NCBI GenBank assembly: GCA_964394645.1
Contig: CAYMYC010000001.1
Coordinates: forward strand, 479,359 to 543,358
Source of the DNA: an uncultured Gammaproteobacteria bacterium
Lineage (GTDB): Bacteria; Patescibacteriota; Microgenomatia; Levybacterales; GWA1-39-11
DNA length: 64,000 nucleotides
Reading direction: 5' to 3'
Under the pieces are notes generated by a model. The model saw only the letters and a program-made list of their open reading frames with translations. It did no database searches and was not told the origin of the DNA. The translations under genes were made by a program, and so were the position numbers. Positions 59,686 to 64,000 of the stretch are shown here, in pieces; position 1 is the stretch's first letter, and the number at the start of each line of letters is the position of its first letter.

Positions 59686-60927
59686 TTAGACAGAAGAACG
59701 AAGATGAGGAAGATAAAAAGCCTTATCCCCAAGAAATCCATTTGGTTTGGTTGAAAGTTTTGGGGCATATAAAACGTATCCGTAACGTATAGTGTGAGAA
59801 CCAAATTGTTTATTTAAATTATCTATTGTGTGGTTTAAAACTTCTTCCCGTGGATCCTCAAATAAACTCGGAGTCACATATTTTTCATCAATTAGATTAG
59901 CTACAGAAACATGAACTTGTCTTACCATATAATGCCACCCCCATTCTTTATAGAAAAGCTTTAAAACTTCAAAAATTTCTTTACCTGAGTTAATGTAGGT
60001 AAAAATTGTTTTTCTCCCTCCCATACTTTTCTCCCCGCTTAGGTATAAGCTTACTGTACGAGCTTTTTTATTCATAGCTCTTAGCCTTTTTGCTACCTCT
60101 TCAGATAATTCTGATAATATTTGAAGAATTTTTTCCTGACTCTCTTCATTTGCAGGCAAACAATAATTTCTCCCTACTGATTTAGCATCTACTTCCTCAA
60201 AAAGAGAAGTAACCTCAGAGTCGTCTTGAGCCCATGCGTAACATAGGAGTTGCTCAGCGCACACTATACCAAATTCTTTCCTGAGAAGACGTAGGGGATA
60301 AGTTCTTAAAGATAATAGATTATAAATTCCTAATATGTTAAGACGGTATTTTAGTCTATCTCCAATACCGCATATATCTGTAAGTTTAGTATTTTTATAT
60401 ACAGAATCTATATTATTGCGGTCTATTAACATGAGTCCATCTGGTTTATTTAAGCCAGAGGCAAGCTTTGCTAAAAGTTTATTATAAGAAATACCAATAG
60501 AAACTGTTGTAACAGGACTAATTTCTAAAGCTAGACGCTTTTTAAAAAGCTCTGAAAAAGAAACAACATCTTTTGCGTAAAGATGTAATGTTGCGGTCAT
60601 ATCTATGAATACTTCATCCAAAGAAAATACTTCTACATAAGGAGAGTATGAGGATGCTATCTCTATAAATTTTTTTGTTATATCTAAATATCTATCAAAG
60701 TCCCCTTTAACATATTGTATGGTAGGGCATAGTGTATCCGCCTCCCATGTTCTGGTTCCTGTTTTTATTCCAAATTTTTTAGCTTCTTTACTGGCAGCCA
60801 CAATACATGTTCTTCCATTTGCAGCAGTAACACCGATTGGTTTACCGCGTAAATTAGGATTAAAATGCTGCTCACATGAAGCAAAGAATGAATCAAAATC
60901 TATATGAAGAATGGTTTTATCTATCAT
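59686..60927 (-). CDS. dinB: Y-family DNA polymerase IV
   Basis: LHIDFDSFFASCEQ, AASKEAKKFG, SLDEVFID, AKLAS..KPDG. Confidence 0.93.
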   Translation of the reverse strand: MIDKTILHIDFDSFFASCEQHFNPNLRGKPIGVTAANGRTCIVAASKEAKKFGIKTGTRTWEADTLCPTIQYVKGDFDRYLDITKKFIEIASSYSPYVEVFSLDEVFIDMTATLHLYAKDVVSFSELFKKRLALEISPVTTVSIGISYNKLLAKLASGLNKPDGLMLIDRNNIDSVYKNTKLTDICGIGDRLKYRLNILGIYNLLSLRTYPLRLLRKEFGIVCAEQLLCYAWAQDDSEVTSLFEEVDAKSVGRNYCLPANEESQEKILQILSELSEEVAKRLRAMNKKARTVSLYLSGEKSMGGRKTIFTYINSGKEIFEVLKLFYKEWGWHYMVRQVHVSVANLIDEKYVTPSLFEDPREEVLNHTIDNLNKQFGSHTIRYGYVLYAPKLSTKPNGFLGDKAFYLPHLRSSV

Positions 60928-61038
60928 GAATATGGGTTTATGTAATTTTGAAACTGGAAATCAATTCATTATCCAATAGGCATACATTTTTATGATTTTT
61001 TTGGCAAAAAGAAGTGGCAGCATATGTATAACTATATG

Positions 61039-61075
61039 AGAAATTTACTAGAAAGTAAACCGAACAAAATACGAA
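61039..61075 (-). promoter_or_regulatory. Candidate SOS box array upstream of dinB
   Basis: Sense strand TTCG-N7-TTCG-N7-TTCT-N7-TTCT, 11-bp period; resembles the lexA spacer. Confidence 0.55.
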
Positions 61076-61117
61076 ATAATATATCAAACTATGGAAAAAA
61101 TTAGAGACTATTGTGGA

Positions 61118-61489
61118 TTATTTCACTATCATTCCCCGAACAGTTTTTGTACAGAAATAAAGTGCTATCAAAAAATCTAGCGCTAAAAGTTGATTCCCCC
61201 AAAATGTTCTGTGATAAATAGAGTAAGTAGAGTATCCTACAACTGCCTGGTACTCAAAGATAATAGATCCTATAAGGGCAATCAAGAAATTTAAAAATGC
61301 AACCCAAGTTTGCTTAGGATTAGTAATACCCGCAAAAACCCCTACTCCTACAGCAGCCAAAATAGAGATATAGATAGGAGCCTCAAGATACTGATTCATA
61401 AAGGGAAGAAGTACTATCATAAAAATAGCAGCAGCTAAAAACAGTTTCCTAACTATATCCCCGTAGTAATGCGCTTTCTTGTCATTCAT
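61118..61489 (-). CDS. Small 4-TM membrane protein
   Basis: 123 aa hydrophobic ORF. Confidence 0.7.
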   Translation of the reverse strand: MNDKKAHYYGDIVRKLFLAAAIFMIVLLPFMNQYLEAPIYISILAAVGVGVFAGITNPKQTWVAFLNFLIALIGSIIFEYQAVVGYSTYSIYHRTFWGNQLLALDFLIALYFCTKTVRGMIVK

Positions 61490-61531
61490 GATTTAAATAG
61501 CGTACCACAATTTATATTTTTTGCAAACAAG

Positions 61532-62320
61532 TTATCTATTTCTTTCGTTACCTACAAAAAGGTATGTGCCTATAATCAAACAGGCAAGAAAGAAGACAGA
61601 TATAATTGCTAGGTCTACATGGAGAGGATAGAGTACAACCTTAGAATATTCAGGGCTACCTGCATAATACACATTCCGTAAAAGATCAACTGCGTACGTC
61701 ATAGGTGCAATTCTGGATAAAATAAAAAGTGGTAAAGGTAAATGAGTAATGGGGCTGAATACACCTGAAACAAAAAACTGCGGAAGAATGATAAACGGGA
61801 AAACCTGATTTGCGGTTCTTTGACTTTTTAAGTTTGAGAGAACCATAACTCCAAATGCACCTCCAAAAAGACATATAATTATAAAAGCTGGTATAAAAAG
61901 AGCAAGTTGCAAAAAACTTAAGGGAATCTGAAGTATAAATCCAAAGATTATTATGCCTACTCCTTGCACCATCGCAACCAAAGACTCACCCAGTATTTTT
62001 CCAATGATGATAGTATATCTTGAAATAGGAGAAACAAATATTTCCTGCGAAAAGTCATTTTCCCGATCTTCAATAAGTGAAATTATTCCTGAAGCAGTTG
62101 ATTGAAAAAGTGTTTGCGCTAAAACACCTATAAAAACAAACGTGAGAAAGCTATAACCTACATTTTCAGATAAATTTGCTTGAAGACTTCCGCCAAGTAC
62201 CCCAATAAACACAAATGGAAAGATAAAGGTTGCAATAATTCTTCCCCGGTCACGGGTAAACTTTGTGAAATCACGGTAAGCAATTGTTAGAATTGCATTT
62301 ATTTGCTTATTTAGATTCAT
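61532..62320 (-). CDS. ABC-2 type permease (DrrB-like)
   Basis: EIFVSPISR, SGVFSPI..LP, PMTYAVDLLR. Confidence 0.92.
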   Translation of the reverse strand: MNLNKQINAILTIAYRDFTKFTRDRGRIIATFIFPFVFIGVLGGSLQANLSENVGYSFLTFVFIGVLAQTLFQSTASGIISLIEDRENDFSQEIFVSPISRYTIIIGKILGESLVAMVQGVGIIIFGFILQIPLSFLQLALFIPAFIIICLFGGAFGVMVLSNLKSQRTANQVFPFIILPQFFVSGVFSPITHLPLPLFILSRIAPMTYAVDLLRNVYYAGSPEYSKVVLYPLHVDLAIISVFFLACLIIGTYLFVGNERNR

Positions 62321-63257
62321 TATTAATGTCCTTTCCTATAATCTCAATATATGCTTCTTCAATAGTTGGCGTATGGGTTTTTATAGTTGAGAGTGGAGTA
62401 GTAATAGATTTTATCACCTCATACGGAGTTTTATTTTTAAGCTCTATTTTTATTTCTCCGTTTACCTCATATGTATACTTCTTCTTATCTAATTCCTCCA
62501 TGAGCTTCTTTTTATCTTTTGCATTTACTATCAAATAATCTTTTACTATCCGCTTTTTTATTTGATTAGGAGTACCATATGTAATAATTTTCCCATGGTT
62601 AATTATTGCAATTGAATCAGCAGTTTCTGCTTCTTCTAGGTAATGTGTGGTAAGTAAGATTGTAAGTTTGTCTTTTTTTCGAATTTCTGATAGATACTCC
62701 CATAAATTCTTGCGGCTCAAGGGATCTAGTCCTACTGTTGGTTCATCCAAAAAAAGAACTTTGGGGTGATGAATAAGAGACCGGATTATCTCAAGTTTTC
62801 GCTTCATTCCTCCTGAAAATGTTTTGGTAGGCTTAAATAGATCATTACCAATTCCTATAACATCCGCTAGTTCTTTTACTTTCTTTTTGTACCCATCAGG
62901 CATAAGTGTGTATAACGGCGCAAATGGATATACTCCATACAAAACAGCATGAAATCGGATATTTTCCTCTGCTGTCAAATTCAAATCAAGGCTTGGATTC
63001 TGAAAGATTATCCCGACACTTTGACGTACTAAGCTCTGATTTTTGTCTAGGTCGTATCCTGCAACTGTGATTCTCCCTGAAGTTTTAGAGAGAATTGTAG
63101 TAAGTATGGAAAGTGTAGTTGTTTTTCCGGCACCATTTGGTCCAAGGAGAGTAAAAAATTCACCCTCAGGTATGTTAAACGAAATATCATCTACCGCGTT
63201 TTTGTCTGCCTTTTTGTAGCGCTTTACAAGATTTTTAACTTCTATAGCATCTGTCAT
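62307..63257 (-). CDS. ABC ATP-binding protein (DrrA-like)
   Basis: GPNGAGKTT, FSGGMKRK, LDEPTVGLD, TTHYLEEAE. Confidence 0.95.
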   Translation of the reverse strand: MTDAIEVKNLVKRYKKADKNAVDDISFNIPEGEFFTLLGPNGAGKTTTLSILTTILSKTSGRITVAGYDLDKNQSLVRQSVGIIFQNPSLDLNLTAEENIRFHAVLYGVYPFAPLYTLMPDGYKKKVKELADVIGIGNDLFKPTKTFSGGMKRKLEIIRSLIHHPKVLFLDEPTVGLDPLSRKNLWEYLSEIRKKDKLTILLTTHYLEEAETADSIAIINHGKIITYGTPNQIKKRIVKDYLIVNAKDKKKLMEELDKKKYTYEVNGEIKIELKNKTPYEVIKSITTPLSTIKTHTPTIEEAYIEIIGKDINNESK

Positions 63258-63331
63258 TTTTATCTTTGGATTTTACAATTATAGCTAAAATTAGTACAAT
63301 ATACGAGTCTTATAGGTATTTTGATATTATT

Positions 63332-63375
63332 GCATCTGTAGCTCAACCCCGATTTAATCGGGGTCAACGGATAGA
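63332..63375 (+). pseudogene. Duplicated 5' fragment of tRNA-Arg(UCU) interrupted by a palindromic insertion
   Basis: GCATCTGTAGCTCAAC[CCCGATTTAATCGGGGTCAAC]GGATAGA vs GCACCTGTAGCTCAACGGATAGA at 63623. Confidence 0.9.
63347..63363. repeat. 17-bp palindrome CCCCGATT-T-AATCGGGG flanked by TCAAC direct repeats
   Basis: TCAAC at 63343-63347 and 63364-63368. Confidence 0.9.
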
Positions 63376-63379
63376 ATCT

Positions 63380-63667
63380 ATGAAACCGAGCATGTACATA
63401 CTAAAAAGCTTGAGTAATAGATATTACATAGGTTCAACAAACAATTTGGTTCGTAGAGTAAAAGAACATATTAAGGGAAAAACTCGTACGACTAAGATTT
63501 TAAAAACTAGAGAACTTGTTTATCTTGAAGAGTTTGATACTATTGAAGAGGCAAGAGCAAGAGAAAAAAAGCTAAAAACTTATAAGAGTAAAAAGTATAT
63601 TGAATGGCTGATTAGTAAAAGTGCACCTGTAGCTCAACGGATAGAGCAAATCACTTCTAATGATTAG
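63380..63667 (+). CDS. Stand-alone GIY-YIG nuclease (UPF0213-like) whose 3' end overlaps tRNA-Arg
   Basis: MYILKS...YYIGSTNNLVRRVKEH..G...LVYLEEF....ARAREKKLK; ATG 63380; stop inside the tRNA. Confidence 0.9.
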   Translation: MKPSMYILKSLSNRYYIGSTNNLVRRVKEHIKGKTRTTKILKTRELVYLEEFDTIEEARAREKKLKTYKSKKYIEWLISKSAPVAQRIEQITSND

Positions 63668-63695
63668 GTTGTGGGTTCGATTCCCGCCAGGTGCG
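63623..63695 (+). tRNA. tRNA-Arg(UCU)
   Basis: GCACCTG/CAGGTGC, AATCA-CTTCTAA-TGATT, TTCGATT. Confidence 0.95.
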
Positions 63696-63746
63696 CATCA
63701 CTTCGTTTTATGCAAGCAAAAAAAACCTGCATAAACGGAGCGGTAC

Positions 63747-63822
63747 GGTGGATGTAGCTCAGTGGTAGAGCGCCAGCTTGTGGAGCTGGATGTCGCGGGT
63801 TCGAACCCCGTCTTCCACCCCA
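63747..63822 (+). tRNA. tRNA-His(GUG)
   Basis: G-1, CCAGC-TTGTGGA-GCTGG, TTCGAAC, C73 plus encoded CCA. Confidence 0.95.
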
Positions 63823-63902
63823 AGTTTTTTAGCCTCAATTTTATATATCGAACAACTTCACCCCAAGACAGGGTTCGAACTTCTGCTATACTAGCAATTA
63901 GT

Positions 63903-64000
63903 ATGAGGAAGATTATTGCCGTTGAATTTATTACTCTTGATGGTGTCATACAAGCACCAGGCGATTCCAAAGAGGATGCAGCAGAAGGCTTTAGATATGG
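63903..64000 (+). CDS. Dihydrofolate reductase/RibD-C family protein, 5' part
   Basis: MRKIIAVEFITLDGVIQAPG..ED...GFRY; runs off window. Confidence 0.85.
   Translation, partial: MRKIIAVEFITLDGVIQAPGDSKEDAAEGFRY

Noticed and set aside
60961-60963. TGA recoding (genetic code 25) upstream of dinB
   Set aside because: TGA terminates clear genes here (gatB, dnaE, LysM) and long ORFs are intact under code 11.
63347-63368. Insert as a tRNA intron or split tRNA
   Set aside because: The upstream copy lacks anticodon and T arms, and a complete tRNA-Arg exists downstream.
63266-63379. N-terminal extension of the GIY-YIG ORF from TTG 63266
   Set aside because: It runs through promoter and pseudo-tRNA sequence; the domain starts at ATG 63380.
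63698-63970. 90-aa minus-strand ORF
   Set aside because: Antisense to tRNA-His and the DHFR-like gene.

Overview
Low-GC bacterial chromosome segment using the standard genetic code. Gene content points to Patescibacteria/CPR, probably Microgenomates (inference): short AtpH and HolA, MurT/GatD, PolX, HhH-less UvrC, many apparently leaderless genes, and tRNAs mostly without encoded CCA. Core genes: F0F1 ATP synthase operon (atpBEFHAG plus partial atpD), dnaE, gatCAB, murT/gatD, lemA-htpX, polX, pyrG, rplS, greA, ppsA, rsmI, lexA, uvrB/uvrA/uvrC, secG, dinB and 8 tRNAs. Accessory blocks sit next to tRNAs: a PLD-PHP-EEP-FkbM cluster after tRNA-Gly and a decayed island ending at tRNA-Lys(UUU). The most striking feature is at 63.3-63.7 kb, where a small GIY-YIG nuclease gene lies between two copies of the 5' end of tRNA-Arg(UCU). 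The upstream copy is interrupted by a 17-bp palindrome with a 5-bp target-site-like duplication, and the ORF has its stop codon inside the intact tRNA. Also notable are a candidate 11-bp-period direct-repeat SOS box at lexA and dinB, and an acyl-ACP desaturase inside the uvr locus. No CRISPR array, rRNA, intact integrase or reverse transcriptase was seen. All calls come from reading the sequence by eye; no searches were run.
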